Source of the DNA: the human T2T-CHM13v2.0 reference genome, Homo sapiens
Strand: one strand, 5' to 3'
DNA length: 64,000 bases
Assembly (NCBI RefSeq): GCF_009914755.1
Contig: NC_060925.1
The position numbers and the translations under genes were made by a program. Of this stretch, positions 46,111 to 57,901 are shown piece after piece. The notes beneath the pieces are model-generated. The model was not told the origin of the DNA, searched no databases, and saw only the letters and a list, made by a program, of their open reading frames with translations. Every line of letters starts with the position of its first letter. Within the stretch, counting starts at the first letter, position 1.

Positions 46111-46814
46111 GGGGCAGTCGCTGAGAGGGTGGTAGAGAGGACTCCTCTGCGGGAAGGCCCCGACCCCCGGGCCTCATCTGTATGCTCCTCCACACCCTGC
46201 TCACCCTGTGGGGGAGTGCCATGGCAACACCGTGCTCTTTAAACACAGGAGTTTGTGCTCCCATCGCAAAGCAGCATTAGGCAATTTAATTAAGGAGCTG
46301 GCAGCAGACAAACTTTGTGAGTTAAAGGCATTTTATTAAATCCCATTGTATTATGCAGCTCAATTCCCCCAGGAGCTGCGGAGCTGGGGGAGGACAGAGG
46401 AGAATGTACTAGGGTTTTCTTTTCCTTTCCTTGCTTTTCTTCTGGTCTCCCTCCCGCCTCGTGAAAGCATTCACTGAGCGTAGGGGGACCCCAACAGTGA
46501 TTGCCTGCTCTCACCCACCCACCCCCCGCCCCGAACATCAGGCCTTGGCATGAGGCCTGCAGGCAGAGGCCTGGGGAATATAATCACCAGCACTGATCTC
46601 ACGCACTACTGTTCGCAGAGCCAGAGCGCTGTCATGGTGATCTGGGGCCAGGCCTCCGACCTGCTTTAGTGTTCACAACAGGACTCGGCTCTGTGATTTT
46701 GTGCACCATTTCATTGAATCCCCCCGCACCGTTGGAGTCAGAACTACTGGCACCCTTATTTTACAGGCAAGGAAACTGAGGCTTACAGATGTGAAGTAAC
46801 TTGCCCAAGGTCTT

Positions 46815-46816
<2 letters not shown>

Positions 46817-46845
<29 letters not shown>

Positions 46846-47125
46846 GAGACGGAGTCTCGCTCTGTCGCCCAGGCTGGAGTGCAGTGGTGCGATCTCGGTT
46901 CACTGCAACCTCCGCCCTCTAGGTTTAAGCAATTCTCTGCCTCAGCCTCCGGAGTAGCTGAGATTACAGGCATGTGCCACCACACCCGGCTAATTTTTTG
47001 TATTTTTAGTAGAGATGGGGTTTCACCATCTTGGCCAGGCTGGTCTTGAACTCCTGACCTCGTGATCCACCCACCTCGGCCTCCCAAAGTGCTGGGATTA
47101 CAGGCGTGAGCCACCGCGCCCGGCC
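46817..47125 (-). mobile_element. AluS-like SINE
   Basis: Dimer with TSD aggtcttc, inserted in a MIR. Confidence 0.93.
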
Positions 47126-47754
47126 AGGTCTTCTAAGTAGTACATAGCGAGGAAGCAATCCTAGACTTGCCAAGAGGCCATGTGGAGATCTTTAGGGCCC
47201 CATGATGCCTAATCTGTGCCAAGTGAAGCAGGGCTCAGGGCTTCAGGGCTTTCAGTGAAATCCCAGACCAAAGAAGCTGTTCATCTGCCTGGCTAGTGGG
47301 ACGCCACCCCCAGGCTCCTGCTCCCAGGCTGGGGAAGGGTTTTGGGGGCTCCGTGAGCCTGCTGAATGACCCTGCCCTGAGATGGCCATCGCCTGGCAGG
47401 GCAGCCTCAGCTCCCACCTTTGAAAGTCTTTCCCCTGTGAGCAAGTGGTGGCACGGCCCCCTGGGTAGCTCTGGAGAGGGCGATAGGCCTCTAGGAGGCT
47501 CCTGGGCCATAAGGGCTCTCTCAACCTCCCTAGCTGGTCAGCCTGGCTTGATGGAGAGAACCCAGGCTTAGCAGCCCAGAGCTGTGCATTCCAGTGCCAG
47601 GTCCCCACTGAGCAAGGGGTGACACGTCTTTTACTCTACAAAGATTCATTGAGCCCAATCCTGTGTACAGGATCACAGAGATGAATAAGACAAGGTGCTG
47701 CCCTCCAGACATGTACAGAGAAACATCCTCCTGGGCTCAGTTTCCTCAATTCTA

Positions 47755-48075
<321 letters not shown>

Positions 48076-48462
48076 TAATTTAGTAATGACATATGCCTTG
48101 TATAGCTAAAATAGATGCAATACAATTAGCTAATTTCATTAAGGGCTTACTCTCTGCCAGGCACTTGCCATTCACTATCTCTTTTAATCCTCATAAAACT
48201 CTATTATATTATTATCCCCATTGTGCAGATGAGAAAACTGAGGTTAAAAGAAGTTAAGCCTCCTGCCCAAGATCATACAGCTGGTAAGAAGCAAGAATCC
48301 ATGCTCTTAACAAATCATATTATGATGTTACACACATACATACACATGTGTATATATTATATAATTATATATATTAACAACAGCTTTGAAATATAATTCA
48401 TATACCATAAATTCACAATCACTTCATATTTGAAAAGTACATTAAATAGCTGGATTTGCCAT

Positions 48463-48830
48463 GGTCTTAGTCCATTTGGGCAGCTATAACAAAATATTAT
48501 AAACCAGGTAGCTTATAAACAACAGAAATTTATTGTTCACGGTTCTGGAGGCTGGGAAGTCCAAGATCAAGGAGCTGGCAGATTTGGTGTCTGGTGAAGG
48601 CCCGCTTCCTGGTTGATGGATGGAGGGCCATCTTCTCACTGTGTCCTCACATGGCAGGAAGGGAGAGGGAGCTCTCTGGGGTCTCTTTTATAAGGACATT
48701 AATCCCACTCAGGTGGGCTCCACCCTCATGAACCCACCTCCCAAAGGCCCTGCCCTGTAACATCATCACACTGAGGGGTTAAGATTCAACACAGAAACTT
48801 TGGGGAGACACAAACATTCAGACCATAGAG
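48463..48830 (-). mobile_element. MLT1A-like LTR
   Basis: gtcttagtccatttgggcagctataac...gttctggaggctgggaagtccaagatcaagg...caaacattcagaccatag. Confidence 0.85.
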
Positions 48831-49410
48831 GCCACCAAACAAGGATGCGTTATTATTATCAGATAGAAGAAACAGTTTTCTGAAAGTGGGACTTCTCCCC
48901 CTCCTGGAAGGGCGTTCAGGGGCTGTAGCAAACGGAGCCTGTAGAACAGGCTGTGCAGCTCCTTCCGAGGAGACGGTGAGGCCTGGCTCCTCTCTCCCTT
49001 CCCCACCTCTTTTCTTGACTCTCCTGTCTCTTCTCTACCCCTTCCCCATGCTTGCTTTCCATCCCTCACCATCTTTTCTCACCCCATGAGGCCCTGAGGT
49101 TTCCATGAGGTTCTGGGATCTCCTCTACTCATCTCTACTCCCTTGTCCCACTGGCAGAGACTGAGCAACAGCTGCGGCCACTAGGTGACACCTTCAGAAG
49201 CCCCCAGATGGATGGTCATGTGTGTGGGGCAGGCTAGGGAGGACAGAGCTGGTTGCAGGGGAAGCAAAAAGGCTAACTCAAGACCACACAGTTCCACATC
49301 ATTACCGCCCAAGTCTCCCAGGAAAACAGCAGCATTTGAGGGTTTGGCATTAAGAGAGTTAATGTGGATCTAAATCCAGGAGTTCTAATAACAGCTCTAG
49401 CACTTACCAG

Positions 49411-49843
49411 GGTTAAAAAAGAAAAAAAAAAAACAAAAAACATCCTGACAAATAGAGCCAGGGAAGGCCATGAAGAGAGGGTTCTCATGCCTGGATGCCT
49501 GATAACAAAAACTATCAAAAAGATTGCAAAAACCACAATCTTGCACAAAGACCATTGAAACCTTACACAAAAAATATTTCTGCAAGGACATCTGTCCACA
49601 GCTGGCTATCCAACCTCAGACTGGTATCACCCTTGTTATTGATCTTTGTAGCCTAGGATAATTATTTCAAAACAATTATGTAATCCTCCTCATCTTTTCT
49701 TTTAAAAATCTTTGTCTTCTTTTACCTTCCTGAATACACACATGTAGTTTACTATGGCATGCGGATTCCCAGTGCAATGCTCTATTCCAAAATAAGTATC
49801 TTTTTCTTTTAGAGAGCCTCTCTGTTCATTGTTTAGGTTGACA
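49411..49843 (+). mobile_element. Probable ERV1-class solo LTR (family not determined)
   Basis: ~430 bp ending ...gtttaggttgACA, flanked by a 4-bp TSD ccag/ccag. Confidence 0.6.
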
Positions 49844-52800
49844 CCAGCTATAGGACAACCTCACTGACCCCAGTTTCTTTTCATCTATGAAATGGGGATA
49901 AAAATATCTGCCTTGAATTTTAATAGGCACCACTTATTGAATGTTAACTATGTGTTGGGCCTTTCACAAAGCTTTAAAAAAATTTTAATCCACACAACAA
50001 CCCTACGAGAGTAGTATTATATTTACTGATGGTGAAATGGAGGCTCAGAGAAGTTAAGCAACTGATCTGAGGTCACACAGCTAGTACATGTATTAACAAA
50101 AGCCACAATGTAAGTCTAGCTCTGTGTGATGCTGAAGCTGTCACTTTTCACCACCACACCAACTACCTGGCTGTGAGAGAGCCTATGGGATGTTGCATTT
50201 GAAAGTGTTTGTAAGTGCAAAACTCCAGAACAACTAAAGCAGGGGTCTTCCCCCACCCCTTCACATGGCTCTACTATAGCTCAGCTGGTTTTCTCCCAGT
50301 GAGGTAAGAACAAGGGCCAAACCCACTCTCCAATGCTGCAGGAGCTATGCACCCTCCTCTCTGCAGCCAGGGCTGCAGGTGTGGAAGAGTGTGTGTGTTG
50401 TGTATCTGTGCACGTGAGTGCATGTGTGTGTTAGGGGAGGTGGCAGGCAGAGGGTGCAGTGGCGGACCAGGTAAAGCAGCTTGGAGGGGAGCAGATTTGG
50501 AGGCTGTATTAGCCAGTGCTCTTGCTCTCCTGGGCACAAGGCCCAGATGGTGCCAGCTCATTTTCACAGCCATTTTCCCAGGGAATTAACAGGGGGAACA
50601 TTCTCTCCTGTAATAATGATAAAAATAATAATAATTAACATGGCTGTAACTGACATTTCTCTAGCACCTCTCTCCCCAGACCTCAAAACTCTGGGCAAAC
50701 AGCGAATCTACTGGCTTTATAGTCACATCCCTGGGACTGGGAAGCCTTAGGTGTTGCCAGATTTTCTGTCTTCTCCAGCTTGGAGACAGGTGCAGGTGTA
50801 CATGGGACTGACCTGTGCCAGGAGCTACTCTTTGAATGCCACTGGCAGAGGGGTGAAATGACCCCAGGCAGCCTGCCTCCCGGCTCTGCGCTCCCATCAG
50901 CCCTCACATTTGGGTTCATCCTGTGCCCAGGAGTAGCAGGGTAGGCAAAAAGGTGCCAGCTCTCTTTGCCAAACTTTCAAACAGTCCCCAATCCACCCTC
51001 TATGCTCCACCACACAGCTGGCTCTGCCTCAGGAAGAACTGCCCCGGCCTCTGCAGCCAGCAGGGACCATGTCCGGCAGGACTCATCCCTACACGGGATA
51101 GCTGATGGCTTTCTCTGGTCCCAGCCAGAAGTCATTACCCACACAATGTCTAGTTTAAACAAGTGATTAGGCAGCTCTATTAAGAGCACACGTGCTTCCT
51201 GCCAGGGAGGAACATGAACCTGCAGAGGTAGCTGAGGGTGAGAGGGAGGAGGACATCAGGGTCTTGCAGCAACGGGCTCTTCTACAAAGCATTTTCCAGC
51301 CCATCCCCTGGAAGGTGCAGCACCTAAGTGTTTCACAAGCCAGCATCCTGAGGGGCTCAGAGCCTGATAGACTGTTTTTCGGACATGGAGTCAAATCCTG
51401 ATTGTCGGGCAGCCCACCCACACCATGACGGACATGAAGAACCCTGAGTGATTTAAACAGACAGATAACCCAAAGCTCTCACTTTGGTCAGTGCTTCAAC
51501 CTCCCCACACATGGGGTTGCCAACACACTCTTCTAAAACAATTACTTCATCTGAGTTACATTTATTTCCTTTGTTTTCTCCAGGAGCTTACGAACAGAGA
51601 AGGGGTCAGAAAAGGAGACATCGTCAGAAACTATGTATTTTATAAATGTGTTCCCCCAGCATCTCCAGAGAGAAAGCCTTCTTAATCTGAAGTCCTCAGT
51701 TGGACTGCAGAGTCTGGGAATTATCTGAAATTGCATGCAAACATGTTTGTTTGTGAATGTGAGCACAGGTGCATTTTTCCGGCAAGAAGGTCCATAGCTT
51801 TTATCAACTTTTGAGAGGGGTCTGTGGCCTCCCAAAACGTTAAGTGCTGTTCTAGTCCTTGCTTGGTTCTGAAGATGGTGGGTTGGCCCCTTTCCACGAA
51901 GATGACTGCATATTTTGGAATTCAAGGTGGATTTTGAGGCCTGGATTCCACCCATTTGAAGAGGGGGCGAGGATGAGGTTGGGGTGCAGCCGAAACAGAA
52001 TCATGACAGGGAGTGTGTGCCAGGCAGAGCTGTGGCCGCCTCTAATCCAGAGGCGGTGATGGAGTGCCTTCCTCATCGCCTCATTTTTCCCATTGTGACA
52101 GCTCCATATCTACTGTTCCCTGTCACCCTGGTGACAGCCTTCTAATGATGAAGGCAGCAACAATGTCATATAAATTCCTCCAGAAACCCAGGGGCTAGAG
52201 GAAGATCAGCCTCAGGAAGCTGGGAACCAAATGCTCGGCACCACAAAGTGGAAAGAACAAAGCCTTTAGAATGTGAAAGACCTGAGTTCAAATCCTGCCC
52301 TGGCCTCTTCCCACCAGTGTGACCTTGAACAAATTACTGAACCTCTCTGAGTGTCAACTTCCATATTGTAAAATGAGAATAATATATGACAGAGTTATCA
52401 TGAGGATTAAATGTGATATGCTGGCAGAGAATCTGACATAGTATCTAGCATGCAACAGGCACTCAATAAATGGGTTCCCTTTCCCAGCAGGCATGGGCAG
52501 GGACATGCATGCCTCTACCCATCTGCTGTACCACTGCAATATCAGAGAAAAGGAGGTCCTGGGGGGAACAGCTGCTTAGTAAAATGGGAGTGGTGGTCAG
52601 AAGCCACATTTCCCCTACACTGTTGACCACATTCTACCAAATCCTCACACCTGGCCCCTTCTCCTCCATGAAGCTCTCCTTACAGTGCTCTTCCCTGACA
52701 TTCCACAGTTGCCATCTGGGCTTTCCATCTGTACCATGCAGCCTCCCTCCCTTTCTGTCCTGGTGATGGGGGAGGTCACTTTCTCTCCTTTCTCAAAGGG

Positions 52801-54025
52801 TAGACCCCTTGGCTGGCCTAGCAGCTCCCCCGACAGCCCCATGCCTGCCCACCTCTTCAGATCCTCTCCTCCTCTTCTTTTTCCCCTGCCCTGGACAGGA
52901 GCTGGCTGTTCTCTTTTGTGATTTCAGGTCTTTGAACCTGTTGTTCTGGAATGTCTTTCCATTCTCTTATTAGGGAGCTCATAATTATCCTCCAAGTGCC
53001 AGCTCAGTTGTCATCTCCTTTGTGACACCTTCCTTCTCTCCTCTTGCTCCCACAACACCTACCCTAGTTTAGCATGAGCCATGGCAAGTCCATCTGCCTC
53101 CCCAGACTGAGCTTCTCAAGAGCAGGGGCTGGCTGGGCCTCCCTCATCCCTAGCATCCCCTCACTTGGCATAGGGTCTGCACATGGTCAGTGCTCAATAA
53201 ATGCAGCTTGGGGTAAAAGAATAAACAACATGGTTCCCAGGGCTAGCAGTGGGACCCTCTTAATAGAAGCTTCCTGTAAAGGTAGCAGTCCCTCCCCAAG
53301 GGTAGCTAGCTTGGGTCCTGCTGGAGCAGGCCTGTGTGTAGACTAGGTATGTGGGAGGTTGATGGTTAGAGGACTGATAGGCTCATCCCATCTGGATTCC
53401 ACACCTATCTACTCCAAGCCACAGGGCAGGGCAGAGGGCTTTCGCCAGCTATCTAGTACTTTCTCCACCTTACACCTGCACAGAGAGGGAGAGGGTGAGG
53501 ATGGGGTGGGGATGAAGAAGGGAATTCACAGTCATGAGCATTGACAGTGTCATAGGTCCAACTCTTGTGTGACTGGTATACTTAAATCATTATACAGATG
53601 GGGAAACTGAGGCGGCTTATTTGCCCAGAGGCATACAATAAGTTGCACTGAGCTAAAATTGGAGCCAGGTTGGTCTGGCCCTAGAGTAACAGTTCTTTTC
53701 TTTATAAGATGCTGCCTTCTGCAGAAATCACAAACAGCACCCCAAGGAAACAGGAACAGGGAAAGGCTCATGCTAAAACTTGTGTGTGTGTTGGCATCTC
53801 TCCTTAAAGAATGGGTGGAGAATGGGCTGGGTCAGTTGCTAAGGTGGCACTGGGCAGCCTTTCCTCCATCGTGTCTGGACATGGGTAAAAGAATGATTTC
53901 ACAGTAGGGTTTAGGTCGACAAGGCACTTTCTCATATGTGTGATTGCATGCGGAATCATCATGGCAACTCTCTGAGGCAGGTATTACCATCTCCATGTAC
54001 TGATAAGGAAACTTCAGAATGGCTG

Positions 54026-54394
54026 TGTATTAGTCCATTCTCACACTGCTATGAAGAAATACCCAAGACTGGGTAATCTGAAAAGAAAAGAGGTTTAATT
54101 GACTCACAGTTCTGCATGGCTGGGGAGGCCTCAGGAAACTTACAATCATGGCAGAAGGAAAAGCAAGAACCTTCTTCACAGGGCGGCAGGACGGAGTGAG
54201 TGCAAGCAGGGGAAATGCCAGGTGCTTATAAAAACCATCAGATCTCATGAGATTTATTATCATGAGAAGGGCATGGGGGAAACCACGCCCATGATTCAAT
54301 TACCACCACTTGGTCCCACCCTTGACATGTGGGGATTATAGGGATTACAATTCAAGGTGATATTTGGGTGGGGAGAGAGAGCCAAACCATATCA
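54026..54394 (-). mobile_element. MST/THE1-type MaLR solo LTR
   Basis: tgtattagtccattctcacactgct...ggggaggcctcaggaaacttacaatcatggcagaagg...gccaaaccatatca. Confidence 0.92.
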
Positions 54395-55028
54395 CTATGT
54401 TAGCACAGTGATTTCTCTCAGTAACAACCCAGGGCCTTTAGAGACCTGTCATCCCACCATGCTTGGCTACTTGCAATACCTGGCCAAAGTCTCAACCCCC
54501 AAAAAATGGGAGGGGGACCGGAGGAAAAAGTGGTGGCAGGGGAGGAAGACCTCCATGGTGAGAAAAGATGGGGAGGGGGGACTCCAGACACAGGTGAAAT
54601 GGGAGAAGGGGCGTGGACCAGGCTGCCTGGACTGAACCAGCCCATCTCATTAGGGACCTGACTGCCTGTATTTTAGATCAGAAATACTTGACCTGACAAA
54701 ACTTGGGATTTATTTCCATGCTTTCTTGGGGTAGGCTGTGTGCGTGTGTGTGTTATTTTTCGTTTAGTTTTTAGTGAACGTTCTTTTCAAAAAAACTACT
54801 CTTGTTTGAGTTGAAATTATGGGGAAACAGGGATAGTAGGCACCTGGGTTACTACAACCCAGGAGCAGTGCAGCCCCTCAGGGATGGCAGCTACAGTGGC
54901 AGACTCTGGGAGAGCTGGGGGAGCTGGCAGGGAGGAGGGAGAAGTTACATCCGGGGAACAATGGCTGCCAAGGCTAGATTTTCTCCCTTCATGAGAACCT
55001 GGGAGCTGGGACTCAGGCAAGATTCATG

Positions 55029-55384
55029 GGCCAGTCCAAACTGAGATGTGCTGGACAAGTCAATGTCCACCAGCTTTCAAAGATTCAATATGAAAAAAGA
55101 ATGTGAAATATCTCATTCATGAATTTGTTATTGATTGCATTTTGAAATAATGTTTTTGATATATTGGGTTAATATGTTACTAATTTCACCTGTTTCTTTT
55201 GACCTCTTTAATAGGGCTTGCATTATATTTCTATTGGACATATATCTCTATATTCTAACATAGACTGTGGATTAGAAAGACTTAGGTTCAAATCCCACCT
55301 CCACCACTTGCTCAAGGACACTTGGCAGGTGAGCCCAGCTACAGCCACCAAAGACAAGATGAGCCCAGCCATGGGGAAAGAGCA
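55029..55384 (+). repeat. Local direct duplication, copy 1 (MER33-like + MIR-like + unique DNA)
   Basis: Near-identical to 56217-56567, including a 48-nt exact block agactgtggattagaaagacttaggttcaaatcccacctccaccactt. Confidence 0.9.
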
Positions 55385-56216
55385 ACTGGATTCCAAGCCA
55401 GGGTTCCGTCTCAACCCAGAAGCTTTTACCCACTTCTTGTAGGGATGGCAGAGCCTCCACGAGTGTGGCTGGCTTGACTTTTGCTGCAATAGGCAAGGGG
55501 GTGCCCAAGAACTTGGCCTGCAGTGACTGGGATTGCAAGATTCTGATTCCAGGAAAGGAAGCAAGGAGGTTAAAAAAAAAAAAAAAGGCTAGAAAGTTAA
55601 GGAGAAAAGAAGGCCTTAAAGAGACTGGTCTGGCAGGGTTAATAGTTTCTTTCCTTCAATAGAGATTTCATGCCACGTTGAATAAATAAAATACCACACA
55701 ATTGCAAAAGATGCATTCCACAGTATATTAGATACCACCACACTGTTACCCACATCTGTCAGCTACTACCATCAGAGTGACTGATGACTTATCAAAAGCC
55801 ACTCTGACATTTCCAAATGAGATATTTTGATAGAGGTGCCATTCAACAGGGCCAAAAAAGCAGATAGAACTTGAATGTAAATGAGGAACATTTGTCACCT
55901 TTGTCTCACCTATTTAAAGGTTTCTTGTCTGACAACAAGGAAAGGGAGAGAGGGAGTGAGGGGAGAGGAGGTGGAGGATGGGCAGGTAAGAAGGTAAGAG
56001 GGAAGGGGAGAGAGCACCAACTCCAAAAGAGCCCAAAGGAGAAGGGCTGGTCCCTGAGAGCAGTAGGAAGTGAAAGAGAAGCAAAGCCCAGATGGACGGC
56101 TCTGATTTTTATGCGGAGTCACTCTATGACTCAGCAGGAAGGAGCAGTATCAAGAACAAAGACCAGAGCTGTCCAAGGTGGCAGCCCCACATGAGGCCAC
56201 TGGGTATTTGCAATGT

Positions 56217-56567
56217 GGCCAGTCCAAATGGAGATGTGCTGGACATGTAAATGTACACCAGCTTTCAAAGATTTAATATGAAAAAAGAATGTGAAACATC
56301 TCATTCATGAATTTGTTATTGATTGCATTTTGAAATATTTTTGCTATATTGGGTGAATATGTTATTAACTTCACCTGTTTCTTTTTGCCTTTTTAATGCA
56401 GCTTGCATTATATTTCTATTGAACATACATTTCTATATTCTGACAGACTGTGGATTAGAAAGACTTAGGTTCAAATCCCACCTCCACCACTTACTCAGGG
56501 ACACTTGGAAGGTGAGCCCAGCTACAACCACTGAAGACAAGATGGGCCAAACCATAGGGAAAGAGCA
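56217..56567 (+). repeat. Local direct duplication, copy 2
   Basis: See copy 1; this copy retains more of the MER33-like 5' end (from ~56165). Confidence 0.9.
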
Positions 56568-57020
56568 CAGGGTTGGAACAGGATGGGCTGGGGTTGGCAG
56601 CATGTGTGGAAACAGACAGTGGGGAAAATGTGAAGAGGAAAATGTCAGAGAGGTGCAGCCAACTGCACCTTCCCACAGTGAGAGAGGGCCTGGGCAGGGT
56701 GCAGAAGAAGCTGTAACCTCTCCCAAGGCTGCCCTCACTACTGGGTACATCTCAATGCCAAATCCCAGCATGTCAAGAGTTGGAAGAAGCCTGAAAGAGA
56801 ATCCAATCCAGGGACCCCAAGAAAATAGGCCCAGAGCCAGGAAATTCCTTCCATGTGCTTTCCACTGCTTCCCCCGCAGCACCTCCAGTTCGTATGTCCA
56901 CTGAATTGAGGGATGGTATCCAAGAAGCAACCGCTGCATACCAACAATGAGGTCCTCTTGTATGGCCCTGAGAGTTTTATTCAAGGGAGGCTTCACCTGC
57001 ATGGACTTGTTACCACACAG

Positions 57021-57901
57021 TTGGTCTTCTAGCCTCGCCCCCCCACCCAACCTACTTTTTGGTTAGGTTGGTTTGATTCATTCATCCATTTATACTCTGC
57101 AGCTGTGTGCTGAGAACCAGGCCATGAGCTAGGGATACAGAAATAAATAAGACCCATCCCTGCCCTCCAGGACCACACAGTCTAGTGGTTTTGAAATGTG
57201 GAGCTGTTCAGACCACAGCCCCCAACCCTTAAGGTGGTGACCTTCCCCACTTTACAGCTAACTGAGATTACCCAGTGGTGGTGGCAGGCCCAGACAGAGA
57301 TGGCTCCTGACCAGAACAGAGGCCTTTCCACTAGCCGAGCTGCCTCCACTGGCACATGGAGGGAGAGGCAGCTGCGTGGCGCTGGGATGAGGTCAGGCCA
57401 GAGTCATCAGAAGTCAGGTGGATGCACCAAAGCCCAGACCCTGGCTTCAGAAAGTACACCAGGTGAAGGGATTTGTGGAAGGCCACAGAGCAAATCAGCA
57501 TCAAAGCCAGGACAAGAACTCAGGGTTTCTGATTCCTAACTAAACTCTTCAACCAGTGGCGGCGACTCAAAGAGGTGAATGAGCACAGGGCCAGTCTGCA
57601 GCCAGGAGCTGCAGCTGACTCCCTTACCTGCTGCTGCTCAGGATGCAGGGTTGGTTCTCGCCTAAGAGCAACCTGCTGAGGGTCAGGCGCTCTGGGCTGA
57701 ACAGCCCCACATTCAGAAACCACTAGACTGTGAGGTCCTAGAGGGCAGGGATAGGTCTTATTTATCTCTGTATCCGCAGCTCACGGCCTGGTTCTCAGCA
57801 CACAGATGCAGTGTGTGAACGAATGGATGTGCACATGAATGAATCAAACCAACCCAACTGGAAACGAGGCTAAGTGGGGGTGGGAGGTGGTAGAAGAACA
57901 T
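57021..57901. repeat. Long inverted repeat (arms ~57021-57214 and ~57693-57901)
   Basis: 57103-57190 vs the reverse complement of 57718-57805 gives 81/88 identical, ungapped (counted by hand). Confidence 0.92.

Noticed and set aside
46625-46645. RE1/REST-like sequence (also ~24652 and ~37150)
   Set aside because: Only one half-site matches or the spacing is wrong; not a credible canonical RE1.
56323-57050. Overlapping 193- and 205-aa ORFs sharing peptides with ORFs at 55218-55564
   Set aside because: The similarity is explained by the DNA duplication of repeat-derived sequence, not by a gene family.
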